Source: a bacterium
GTDB lineage: Bacteria > Actinomycetota > Coriobacteriia > Coriobacteriales > QAMH01
Direction: 5' to 3'
NCBI GenBank assembly: GCA_963642995.1
Contig: CAVIIZ010000001.1
Coordinates: forward strand, 72,244-136,243
DNA length: 64,000 bases
Shown: in pieces, positions 28,481 through 38,289 of the stretch
Position numbering within the stretch: the stretch's first letter is position 1
Layout of the letters: the number at the start of each line of letters is the position of its first letter
Notes under the pieces: model-generated
Told to the model about the DNA's origin: nothing
The model's database searches: none
What the model saw: only the letters and a program-made list of their open reading frames with translations
Position numbers and translations under genes: made by a program

Positions 28481-29431
28481 CTACAGCTTTCTCGCCGCCC
28501 GCAGAAGCGCGCTTCGCGCCCTCGGGTTCTCTTCGATTTCGGCTGCCGACGCATGCACCGGCTTGCGCGTCAGCACCTCGAGCACCGGCTTTCTCCCGCA
28601 CGCGCACACCGGCAAATCCGGCGGGCACGTGCATGGCCTCTGCGCCTTGCGAAAGCTCTCCTTCACGATGCGGTCTTCGAGCGAGTGGTAGCTGATGACC
28701 GCGATGCGCCCGCCCGGGTTCAGCCAGCGTATGGCCGCGTCCAGGCCTTCGGCAAGCGCGTCGAGCTCGTGGTTCACCTCTATGCGCAGCGCCTGGAAGG
28801 TGCGCTTTGCCGGGTGCCCGCCCTCGCGTCGGGCGGCGGCGGGAATCGCGCGCTTCACGATGTCGACGAGTTGGAAGGTGGTCTTGACGGGATGCCCGCG
28901 CCGCTCGTCGCACACGAATCGAGCGATGCGGGCAGCCCACTTCTCCTCGCCGTACGCGGACAGCACGCGCGCGAGCTCTTCTTGGGAGCAGCTCGCGAGC
29001 ACGTCCGCGGCGGTGGTCGTCTGCGTCTTCGGGTCCATGCGCATGTCGAGCGGGGCGTCCGCGCGATACGAAAAGCCGCGCTCGCCGAAATCGAACTGCG
29101 GAGAGCTCACCCCCAAGTCGAGCAAGACCGCGTCGACGCCGGGCACGGCAGCCTCTGCGAGCAAGTCGTCTATATGGGAGAAATTCCCCTTCAACAAGAC
29201 GGGCTCGTCGGAAAGGCCCGAGTCGGCCAGTGCCTGGCGCGCCGCCGCAAGAGCCGCATCGTCTTGGTCGATGCCGAAAAGCAGGCCATCCGGCGCAATC
29301 GCGCGCGCGCAGGCCCTCGCGTGCCCCGCGCCTCCCAACGTGCAGTCCAGGTAGACATCACCCGGATGCAAGTCGAGCGCGCCGAGCACCTCCTCCAACA
29401 TGACGGGGGTGTGCCGGTATTCGCGTTTCAA
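28481..29431 (-). CDS. rsmH: 16S rRNA (cytosine1402-N4)-methyltransferase
   Basis: HTPVMLEEVL, DCTLGGAGHA (SAM site), DLGVSSPQFD, FQALRIEVN.EL, SYHSLEDRIVK. The start is assumed to be TTG 29431, just downstream of the mraZ stop, and is uncertain. Confidence 0.88.
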   Translation of the reverse strand: MKREYRHTPVMLEEVLGALDLHPGDVYLDCTLGGAGHARACARAIAPDGLLFGIDQDDAALAAARQALADSGLSDEPVLLKGNFSHIDDLLAEAAVPGVDAVLLDLGVSSPQFDFGERGFSYRADAPLDMRMDPKTQTTTAADVLASCSQEELARVLSAYGEEKWAARIARFVCDERRGHPVKTTFQLVDIVKRAIPAAARREGGHPAKRTFQALRIEVNHELDALAEGLDAAIRWLNPGGRIAVISYHSLEDRIVKESFRKAQRPCTCPPDLPVCACGRKPVLEVLTRKPVHASAAEIEENPRARSALLRAARKL

Positions 29432-29439
29432 CGTGCTGC

Positions 29440-29865
29440 TCAGTCTTCGAGGAGGTCGTCGATGGAAAACGAATCGTCGTGATCTGCGAACTTCCGCGAA
29501 TCCCAAAGCTCGATGTGGTCGTCGTTGCCGGTGACGGTCACGTCTTTTTCGATCGAAGCCCGCACGCGCTGCTTGGCCGGGATCTTCACGCGGCCGGCGG
29601 CGTCGATGCTCACGCTTTCAGCCGAACGCGTGAGCGCCGAGCGAAGCTCGATGTGCGCGCGTTTGCGGGGGTCGTAGCCGCCCTCTTCTTTCGGGAAGAA
29701 GGAGTCCACCCAGTCGAGGAACGCCCCTTCGGAGAAGACGTAGAGGGCGTCGTCGAATCCGGGGACGATCACGACCTCGTCCGGCAGCGCCTTGCGCATC
29801 TTGGCGGGAAGCGACAGGCGCCCCTTGTCGTCGACGGACCGCTCGTCCGTGCCGAAGAAACGCAT
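29440..29865 (-). CDS. mraZ: division/cell wall cluster transcriptional regulator MraZ
   Basis: MRFFGTDERSVDDKGRLSLPAKMR plus a second SpoVT/AbrB-like half, SIDAAGRVKIPAKQR. ATG 29865 has a GGGGGAGG SD. Confidence 0.93.
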   Translation of the reverse strand: MRFFGTDERSVDDKGRLSLPAKMRKALPDEVVIVPGFDDALYVFSEGAFLDWVDSFFPKEEGGYDPRKRAHIELRSALTRSAESVSIDAAGRVKIPAKQRVRASIEKDVTVTGNDDHIELWDSRKFADHDDSFSIDDLLED

Positions 29866-29948
29866 GTGCCACCTCCCCCGCGCAAGCAAGCTTCTAAGAG
29901 CAGCCCCCCGTGCTGTGATTAGGCTTCGGTTGAGGGGCTGCGTTTGGG

Positions 29949-29977
29949 AATATATCCCATTTTCCCCCACCTCTCAA
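29949..29977 (-). promoter_or_regulatory. candidate Pmra promoter of the dcw cluster
   Basis: The minus strand reads TTGAGA (29972-29977), exactly 17 nt, then TATATT (29949-29954), about 85 nt upstream of the mraZ ATG. GGTGGG boxes flank and overlap it (29958-29971 and 29980-29992). Confidence 0.45.
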
Positions 29978-30106
29978 CACATTTTTCCCACCCATCTCCC
30001 CAAAGGCCACCTCGAAGGGCATGCACGTCCCTCCCCTCGGCGAGTTTTGGCGCAACATCTTGTGCATGGTGAAAAACGCGGCACAACCCCTAGCCCGCGC
30101 GCCGCG

Positions 30107-30121
30107 GTGGGAGGCCGTGGG
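30107..30121 (+). repeat. GTGGG-N5-GTGGG direct repeat (possible MraZ-box-like element)
   Basis: GTGGGaggccGTGGG is read directly at 30107-30121, followed by AGATTTTTT. It lies in the tgt-mraZ intergenic region. Confidence 0.5.
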
Positions 30122-30246
30122 AGATTTTTTCGTGAAGACGGCGCGGACGCGGACGCCACGCCCGAAACCGCCCCCGAAAAAGGCGGCGCGCGAGGAGAAA
30201 CCCCGCAGGAGGTGCGGGCGGCGGGCGCGGCGGCAGCGGGCGAAGA

Positions 30247-31377
<1,131 letters not shown>

Positions 31378-32532
31378 CTACAGCAAAAGCATCGCGTCGC
31401 CGAAGCTGAAGAAACGGTACCCCTCGCGCTTGGCCGTCTCGTAGGCGCCCATGATGCGCGCGCGCCCCGAAAACGCCGAGACGAGCATCACGAGCGTCGA
31501 GCGCGGGACGTGGAAGTTCGTGACGATGGCGTCCACCACCTTGAACTCGTATCCGGGCAAGATGAACAGGTCGGTGGCCGCGCGGCGACACGGCTCGACC
31601 TCGCCCGTCGCGGCGGCGGCGGACTCCAGCGAGCGCACCGAGGTCGTGCCCACGGCGATCACGCGCCCGCCCGCGGCGCGGGTCTCGGCCACCGCCCGCG
31701 CGGTCTCGTCCGGCACCGTGTAGCGCTCCGTGTGCATGGCGTGCTCTTGCGGGTCGTCTTCTTCCACGAGGCGGAAAGTGTCCAGCCCCACCTCCAGGTC
31801 CACCTGCGCGAAGCGCGCGCCCGCGTCCTTCACGCGCGCGATCAGCTCCTCGGTGAAGTGCAAGCCGGCCGTCGGCGCGGCGGCGCTTCTCTCCTCCTTG
31901 GCGTAGACCGTCTGGTAGAGCTCCTCGTCGCCGGCGTAGTCCTTGATATAGGGCGGCAGGGGCGTGTGGCCCAGCTCGTGGAGCGCGGAGGCCACATCGC
32001 GGGCGGGCGCGCCCTCGGGCAGGGTGAAGCGGACGGCGCGGCTGCCGTTGTCGCAGTCGATGCCCACCACCTCGCCGAGCAGAAGCGGCGCGTCCGAACT
32101 CTCGGAGCCTTCGGGATCCTCGCCGTCTCTCCCGCCGGCCTTTCCGCCTTGCGCATCGCCGGCTTCGCGCACGCCGTCGCCTGCGCGAAACTCGATGCGC
32201 GCCCCCGGCTTCAAGCGCTTGCCCGGACGCACCATGCAGTTCCAGGTCTGCTCGAAGGCGTCTTTTCGCGCATTCGCCACGCGATCGAGCAGCAGGCACT
32301 CGACGCGCCCGCCCGTCGTCTTCCTCCCGAACAGGCGCGCGAGAAGCACGCGCGTGACGTTCACCACGAACAGGTCGCCCGGCCGCACATAGTCCACGAT
32401 GTCGGAGAAGACGCGGTGCTCGAGGTGGCCGTCGCGGCCCAGCACCATGAGCTTGCACGAGTCGCGCGGCACGGCGGGCGTTTGCGCTATGCAGGTTTCG
32501 GGAAGGTCGTAGTCGAAATCGTCGGTCTTCAT
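31378..32532 (-). CDS. queA: S-adenosylmethionine:tRNA ribosyltransferase-isomerase
   Basis: MKTDDFDYDLPETCIAQTPAVPRDSCKLMVL, PLPPYI, APTAGLHFT, VGTTSVRSLES, TNFHVPRSTL, YRFFSFGDAMLL. GAGGAGAG SD. Confidence 0.95.
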   Translation of the reverse strand: MKTDDFDYDLPETCIAQTPAVPRDSCKLMVLGRDGHLEHRVFSDIVDYVRPGDLFVVNVTRVLLARLFGRKTTGGRVECLLLDRVANARKDAFEQTWNCMVRPGKRLKPGARIEFRAGDGVREAGDAQGGKAGGRDGEDPEGSESSDAPLLLGEVVGIDCDNGSRAVRFTLPEGAPARDVASALHELGHTPLPPYIKDYAGDEELYQTVYAKEERSAAAPTAGLHFTEELIARVKDAGARFAQVDLEVGLDTFRLVEEDDPQEHAMHTERYTVPDETARAVAETRAAGGRVIAVGTTSVRSLESAAAATGEVEPCRRAATDLFILPGYEFKVVDAIVTNFHVPRSTLVMLVSAFSGRARIMGAYETAKREGYRFFSFGDAMLLL

Positions 32533-32898
32533 CTGCTCTCCTCAACTGAATGCACGATGATAGCAAAAGGCCTTGCCGAACACGACGCGCTGTCGGACAC
32601 GCTGCGCGGCGCGCAAAAACGGACATGGGGCGACGTTTCGGCGCCTCCGTTTGCGCGGCGCGGGCGATTTTGTGCAAAAAGGGATTTCCGGCGATGGAGA
32701 AAGGGGTGAATTCCGTCGCCCGAAGTCGGTAATTGCGCATCTAGCGTGCAAAAACAGGCTTCGGGTGTCGCCGAATGCCCCTTTTTGCGCAAAGCCGCCG
32801 CCACATGCCATGTGCGATACTTGCAGGCGAGCACGGCGTGCGGCGGCACGCGCGGCACGTGGGGAAAGCGCAGGGCGGAAGAAGGGGAGTCGACGGGC

Positions 32899-33654
32899 AT
32901 GAAGTGCGTATCGTGGAACGTGAACGGGCTGAGGGCGGCGGCCAAGAAGGGCTTCGAGGAAAGCTTCCGCGCGCTCGACGCCGACGTCTTCGCCATCCAG
33001 GAAACCAAGTTGCAGGCAGGACAAGAGCCCGTTTCCCCGGAGGGCTACCACGACTACTGGGCATATGCCGAGAAGAAGGGGTACTCGGGCACCGCCGTGT
33101 TCAGCCGCATCGAGCCGGAAGGCGTGGAACACGGCATCGGGGACGCGCGTTTCGACGCGGAAGGCCGCACGGTCGCGCTGGAGTTTCCCGACCTCTACTT
33201 CGTCTGCGTCTACACGCCCAACGCCCAGCACGGCCTGGCGCGCATAGACTTCCGCTGCGCGTTCGAGGACGCCTTTCGCGGCTACCTGACGGGCCTTGCC
33301 GCGAAAAAGCCCGTGGTCGTGTGCGGCGACATGAACGTGGCCCACGAGCCCATCGACCTGGCGCGGCCGAAGGAAAACGTGGGCAACGCCGGGTTTTCCG
33401 ACGAGGAGCGCGGCAAATTCGACGAGCTGCTCGACGCCGGCTTCATCGACACCTTCCGCGAGCTGCACCCGGACGAGGCGGGCCGCTATTCGTGGTGGAG
33501 CTACCGCATGAAGGCCCGCGAGCGCAACGTGGGGTGGCGCATCGACTACTTCCTGGCCAGCGAGTCGCTGCGCGATGCGCTGAAGGCCGCCGAGATCCAC
33601 GACGACGTGCACGGCAGCGACCACTGCCCGGTGAGCCTCGAGCTCGACCTTTGA
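32899..33654 (+). CDS. xth: exodeoxyribonuclease III
   Basis: MKCVSWNVNGLRAA...DVFAIQETK...GYSGTAVFS...CVYTPN...CGDMNVAHEPIDL...YSWWSYR...N.GWRIDYFL...SDHCPV. Confidence 0.94.
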   Translation: MKCVSWNVNGLRAAAKKGFEESFRALDADVFAIQETKLQAGQEPVSPEGYHDYWAYAEKKGYSGTAVFSRIEPEGVEHGIGDARFDAEGRTVALEFPDLYFVCVYTPNAQHGLARIDFRCAFEDAFRGYLTGLAAKKPVVVCGDMNVAHEPIDLARPKENVGNAGFSDEERGKFDELLDAGFIDTFRELHPDEAGRYSWWSYRMKARERNVGWRIDYFLASESLRDALKAAEIHDDVHGSDHCPVSLELDL

Positions 33655-33822
33655 GCCGCATCGCGCGGCGGCGCCCGGGAAGCGGAGAGCACGCCCGCAA
33701 GACCCGAGACGAACGGGTTTTACCGGAAAAGACGTCCGCGTTTCCCGAGGCCTTCGGCAAAGCGCGCAAGGCCTTGCAAGCAGATGTCGGAGAGCGCAAA
33801 GCGCCGAGGGGGCGCCTTGCCC

Positions 33823-34707
33823 CTACTTCCCGTGCCCCCGCTCAGGGGGCTCCCCGGGCGCCTCTCCCGTCTTCTGCCGCGCGAGCTGCCCGATGCCGCG
33901 CTGCGGCAGGCGCGTGCGAAGCGCCCACACGAGCAAGGCGGCGCCCGCGAGCACCATGGGCAGGCTGAGCAGCTGGCCCATGGTGCCCCAGGTGCCGAAG
34001 AAATAGCCTATCTGCGCATCCGGCAGGCGCACGAACTCGACGAGCACGCGAAACAGCCCGTAGAGCACGAGAAAGGCGCCGAGGAAGAACCCGCGCGGCC
34101 TCGGCGGATCGCATTTTCGGCTCAAGGCGGCGAGCACGCAGAAGATGACGACGCCCTCGAGGACGGCCTCGTAGAGCTGGCTGGGGTGCTGCAAGATGCC
34201 CGAGCCGGTGAAATCCACGCCCCAGGGCAGCGTCGTGGCCGCGCCGTAGAGCTCGCCGTTCACGAAATTGGCGAGCCGCCCGAAGAACAGGCCGACCGGC
34301 GCGGCGCAGGCCACGAGGTCGGCTAGCGTCAGGTAGGGGATGCGGTGGACATGCGAGAAGACGGCCCCGGCCAGCAGCGCCCCGGCCATGCCGCCGTGAA
34401 AGGACATGCCGCCCTTGTTCACCGCGAGTATCTCGAGCGGCGCGGCCAGGTAGTGGCCAGCGCCGTAGAAGAGGCAGTACCCCAGGCGAGCGCACACCAC
34501 GATGCCGATGGCCAGATAGCACACGAAGACGAGCACGTCGTAGGGGGCGAAGGGAATCTTCCAGCGGCGGGCGCGGCGGCAGACCACGACGCCCGAAAGC
34601 GCAAACCCCACGACATAGGCGATGCCGTACCAGCGCACGGACAAAGGCCCTATCGAGAAGGCCACGGGGTCGAGCATGTGCCACAGGTCGTTGAGCATGG
34701 GGCGCAT
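33823..34707 (-). CDS. lgt: prolipoprotein diacylglyceryl transferase
   Basis: SIGPLSVRWYGIAYVVGF, GGMSFHGGMAGALL, GRLANFVNGELYG..T.LPWGV, HPSQLYEA. Basic/Pro-rich C-terminal tail. Confidence 0.92.
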   Translation of the reverse strand: MRPMLNDLWHMLDPVAFSIGPLSVRWYGIAYVVGFALSGVVVCRRARRWKIPFAPYDVLVFVCYLAIGIVVCARLGYCLFYGAGHYLAAPLEILAVNKGGMSFHGGMAGALLAGAVFSHVHRIPYLTLADLVACAAPVGLFFGRLANFVNGELYGAATTLPWGVDFTGSGILQHPSQLYEAVLEGVVIFCVLAALSRKCDPPRPRGFFLGAFLVLYGLFRVLVEFVRLPDAQIGYFFGTWGTMGQLLSLPMVLAGAALLVWALRTRLPQRGIGQLARQKTGEAPGEPPERGHGK

Positions 34708-34715
34708 GGTACCAT

Positions 34716-35861
34716 GTGCGCATGGAGGCGAAACGGCACTATACGACGCTCGTGGTGGGAGCAGGGCCTGCCGGCGCCATGTGCGCCGCCGAGGCCGCGG
34801 CGAAAGGCCCGGTCTTGCTCGTGGACGCCTTTTCCCTGCCGCGCGACAAGAGCTGCGGGGGCATGCTCAACGAGTACGCGCAGGACTTTCTGCACGAGCG
34901 CTTCGGGCAGCTGCCCGCCTCGCTGCTCTCGGACCCGCAGCGCATAGACTTCCGCTTCTTCGACTGGGACCGCGGCATACGCAAGGCCACGACGCTGCAT
35001 TTCGCGAACGCCGACCGCAAGGCCTTCGACGACTGGCTTTTGCACACGTTGCCCGACGCGGTGGAGGTGCGCGCCGCCACGCGCCTGGTCTCGCTTTCCC
35101 GGGCAGACGGCGGCGTGGAGGCGATGCTGCGCGCGGCAGACGACGCAAACGCCGCACCCGAACACGTGACCTGCGACTATCTCGTGGGCTGCGACGGCCC
35201 GCGCTCGACCGTGCGCCGCTGCCTGCCCGTGTCCCAAGTCGCGCTCTATCGCACCTTGCAGGACTACCTGCCGCTCGAAAAGCCGCTCGAGCCCTTCTTC
35301 GACTGCGTGTACGCGCGCGGCCTGGGGCCGAGGTACGGCTACGGCTACGTCATCCCGAAAGGGAGGCTCGCCATCGTGGGCAGCGTCTTTTACCCGGGGG
35401 CGCGCCGCGTGCACGAGGTGCACAGGCGGGCATTGGAGATGTACCGCTCGTTTTACCCCTACCGGCTGCAGGCGCGACGCCGCGAGGCGTGGACGGCGGC
35501 GCAGGTGAAGAGCAAGGCCGACATCGTCTGCGGGCACGGGCGCGTGCTGCTTGCCGGCGAGGCGGGCGGGCTGTTCTCGCCCAGTTCCGGCGAGGGCATC
35601 AGCTTCGCGTTGAACTCCGGGGTCCGCGCGGGCAAGGCGATCGCGGCGGCGCGGGAAGGCGCGACGGTGCCGGGCAGGCGCGCGCACGCCTCGTGGGACG
35701 AGTCCGACGCGCTGCGCCTGTACCGCGCGGCCATGAAGCCGATCGTGGCCAACATCGCCAGACGGCTGCGCTACTTCCCCGTGCTCGACTCAGATTGGGG
35801 CAAGGACCTCGCGCGTTTCGCGCCGGATGCCCTCGTGGACTTCGTCGCGCACCGCATCTAG
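34716..35861 (+). CDS. FAD-dependent oxidoreductase (geranylgeranyl-reductase-like family)
   Basis: Rossmann dinucleotide fold TLVVGAGPAGAMCAAEAAAKG followed by DKSCGGML, and later the GEAGG..SPSSGEGI flavoprotein motif. GTG 34716 or ATG 34722. Confidence 0.8.
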   Translation: MRMEAKRHYTTLVVGAGPAGAMCAAEAAAKGPVLLVDAFSLPRDKSCGGMLNEYAQDFLHERFGQLPASLLSDPQRIDFRFFDWDRGIRKATTLHFANADRKAFDDWLLHTLPDAVEVRAATRLVSLSRADGGVEAMLRAADDANAAPEHVTCDYLVGCDGPRSTVRRCLPVSQVALYRTLQDYLPLEKPLEPFFDCVYARGLGPRYGYGYVIPKGRLAIVGSVFYPGARRVHEVHRRALEMYRSFYPYRLQARRREAWTAAQVKSKADIVCGHGRVLLAGEAGGLFSPSSGEGISFALNSGVRAGKAIAAAREGATVPGRRAHASWDESDALRLYRAAMKPIVANIARRLRYFPVLDSDWGKDLARFAPDALVDFVAHRI

Positions 35862-35943
35862 GGCAACGCGCCCCGCCCCGGCGTTTTCCCGGGCAAAGCC
35901 CTCTGTCCGGGAAGTGGGACCGTGCGCGGGTTTTCTCCGCCCC

Positions 35944-36993
35944 TTACGCGGCTTCCCCGTCCCCGTCCTCGTCTTCCCAGCCGGCCTCCTCGATCTTCTG
36001 CTCTTGCACGGAGCGGATCGATTCGGCTTCGATGAAGACGGCGCTTGCCTGCGGCCAGCGGGCATGCAGGCGGCGCTCCAGGTCGTCCACGCACGAAAGC
36101 ACGTCGTAGGCGGCGAGGCTGGGACGAAACGTCGCGTCGATGGCGATGAGCAACGAGGTCGGCCCCATGTACATCGTGAGTATGCGCCCGCAGCTCATCA
36201 CGCGGTCGTCGGCCTCGACGATCTCGCGCAGCTCGTCGAGGGCGTGGTGCTTCATCCCCTCGCCCACCAGCAGATCTTTCGTCTCGCGCAGCAATATGAT
36301 GGCGACCGCGCACAGCAGCAGGCCTATGAGAATCGAGCCGGCGCCGTCGAAGTACATGTTGCCCGTGAACTGGCACAAGATGTTGGAGACGAGGGCGACG
36401 ACCAGGCCGAGCTCGGCGGCGGAATCCTCGAGGACCACCGTGTACAGCGAGGGGTCTTTGGTGTCGCGGATGAACTTCAGAGGACCGGTTTTGCCGCGCG
36501 CCGCGTTGAACTGGCGCACCGCTATCCCCAGCGTGACGCCCTCGATGAGCATGGCCAGTATGACGACGACGTAGTTCAGGGTCGTGTCCCCCAACGGCGC
36601 GTGGGCGCCCGCCATCGTGTCGCGCACGGACTGCACGCCTTGCATGATGGAGATGCCGCCGCCCAAGAAGAATATGAGCAACGCGACGAGCATGGTCCAA
36701 AAATACAGCTCCTTGCCGTAGCCGAAGGGGTGCAGGTAGTCTTGCTCCTTCGTGGACTGGCGCATGCCGAACAGCATGAGGATGCCGTTGCCCGAATCGA
36801 CCATGGAATGGATGCCCTCGGACATCATCGCCACCGACCCGGAGACGGCCGCGGCGACGAACTTCACCACGCCCACGGCGATGTTGCCGCACATGCCGGC
36901 GACGACGGCCACCTTGCCCTGCTTTCTCGTCGAGACCATGTGCTCGGCGCGGGCCTTCTCCTCCAATTGCTCTATCGACGGTCCGTTGTACAT
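35944..36993 (-). CDS. cation diffusion facilitator (CDF) family metal efflux transporter
   Basis: Six-TM core with GNIAVGVVKFVAAAVSGSVAMMSEGIHSMVDSGN and FGYGKELYFW, a cytoplasmic CTD, and an acidic tail (EEAGWEDEDGDGEAA). Confidence 0.85.
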   Translation of the reverse strand: MYNGPSIEQLEEKARAEHMVSTRKQGKVAVVAGMCGNIAVGVVKFVAAAVSGSVAMMSEGIHSMVDSGNGILMLFGMRQSTKEQDYLHPFGYGKELYFWTMLVALLIFFLGGGISIMQGVQSVRDTMAGAHAPLGDTTLNYVVVILAMLIEGVTLGIAVRQFNAARGKTGPLKFIRDTKDPSLYTVVLEDSAAELGLVVALVSNILCQFTGNMYFDGAGSILIGLLLCAVAIILLRETKDLLVGEGMKHHALDELREIVEADDRVMSCGRILTMYMGPTSLLIAIDATFRPSLAAYDVLSCVDDLERRLHARWPQASAVFIEAESIRSVQEQKIEEAGWEDEDGDGEAA

Positions 36994-37068
36994 CGCTGCG
37001 GTTCTACCTCCTGAAAACGTGTGCGGATGGCTTGGTGCGGGAAGCGCGGGGGGATTCGGCGCGCGCCC

Positions 37069-37956
37069 CTAGATCGTGCGCTCGTCGCCCCAGAAGTACA
37101 AGGCGACCGTCCCCGGCCCTGTGTGGCTGCCGATGGTCGTGCCGATGCTGAAGACCTCGACTTGCCCGTCCATGTCGGGAAACGCGGCCTCGACCGCCCG
37201 GGCAACGGGGTCGGCGATCCGGGGGCAGGCGCTTTGGCTCAAGAAGACGCGGTCGTTGTAGGCCACGCCGTGGTGCGCGTGCGCGAGCATCATGTCGACG
37301 ATGAGCTTTTGCGCCTTCTTCTTGCTGCGGCATTTCTCGCGAGGGATGAGCTTGCCCTCGGTGTTCATGTTGAGCATGGGGCATATGCCCAGCAAATTGC
37401 CCACGTAGCCGGCCATGGGCTTCACCCGCCCGCCTTTGATGTAGAAGGTCAGGTCCGTGCTGAAGAACCAGTGGTGCATGCGCAGCTTGTTGGCCTCGAT
37501 CCACTCGCGCGCCTCGTCGATGGAGACCCCGTCGGCGCGCAGGTCGGCGAGCTTTTGCATGATCAGGCCGTAGCCAGACGACGCGCCCAGGCTGTCCACG
37601 ACGTGGATTTTGCGCTCGGGAAACTCCGAGGCCAGCGCGCGCGCCGCCACGACCGCCGAGTCGTAAGTGCTCGAAAGGCCGCTCGACAGCGAGACATGCA
37701 AGATGTCTTTGCCCTCGGCCAGCAGGCCGCGGAAAAACTCCTCGTACTCGCCGGCGGAGATGGCGGCCGTCTTCGTGGACGCGCCGTCGACCATGGCCCG
37801 GTAGAAATCCGCAAACGAGACGGTCTGCCCCAGGTCGTCGAGATATTCTTTGCCGTCGAGGTAGAAATGGAAGCAGATGCAGCGCACGTCCATCGCCTTC
37901 AGCTTCTCCGCGGACAAATCGACCGTGGACTCGCAGCTCAAGATGTAGTCGGACAT
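37069..37956 (-). CDS. DegV family fatty-acid-binding protein
   Basis: STVDLS......TKTAAISAGEYEEFF....EGKDILHVSLSSGLSSTYDSA......KIHVVDSLGASSGYG.....GGR are typical DegV signatures. Confidence 0.88.
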   Translation of the reverse strand: MSDYILSCESTVDLSAEKLKAMDVRCICFHFYLDGKEYLDDLGQTVSFADFYRAMVDGASTKTAAISAGEYEEFFRGLLAEGKDILHVSLSSGLSSTYDSAVVAARALASEFPERKIHVVDSLGASSGYGLIMQKLADLRADGVSIDEAREWIEANKLRMHHWFFSTDLTFYIKGGRVKPMAGYVGNLLGICPMLNMNTEGKLIPREKCRSKKKAQKLIVDMMLAHAHHGVAYNDRVFLSQSACPRIADPVARAVEAAFPDMDGQVEVFSIGTTIGSHTGPGTVALYFWGDERTI

Positions 37957-38289
37957 GTGCGCCGCCTTCCTTTCCCCGCATGGCCCGACGGACCTGCACG
38001 CCGCCCACGGTGTTTCGTTGTCGGGTGAAAATGCAAATGCGCTTCAACTATACATGGAAATCGCCCGCACGCAAGACGCGCGCCGCGACGCCAGGGCATG
38101 TGCGGTGCGCGGCCTTTCGCTATACTTTCGCCTCGTGGAACCGACGCAAACGCACGAAGGCGCGAAACGAACATGTGCCGCCCCCAGACGCGCCGACGGA
38201 AGCGACGCGGAATCCGGAGACGTACGGCCGGGCGTGAAACGGCGGGCGGCCAAGGGCGCGGTGAAGAAGAGGAAGGCGGGGCAAAAGAC

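Noticed and set aside
33655-33822. Convergent xth/lgt spacer (and the 35862-35943 and 39340-39387 spacers) inspected for bidirectional terminators or tRNAs.
   Set aside because: Only short, imperfect GC stems without convincing U-tracts are present, and there is no cloverleaf-compatible sequence. This is too weak to annotate.
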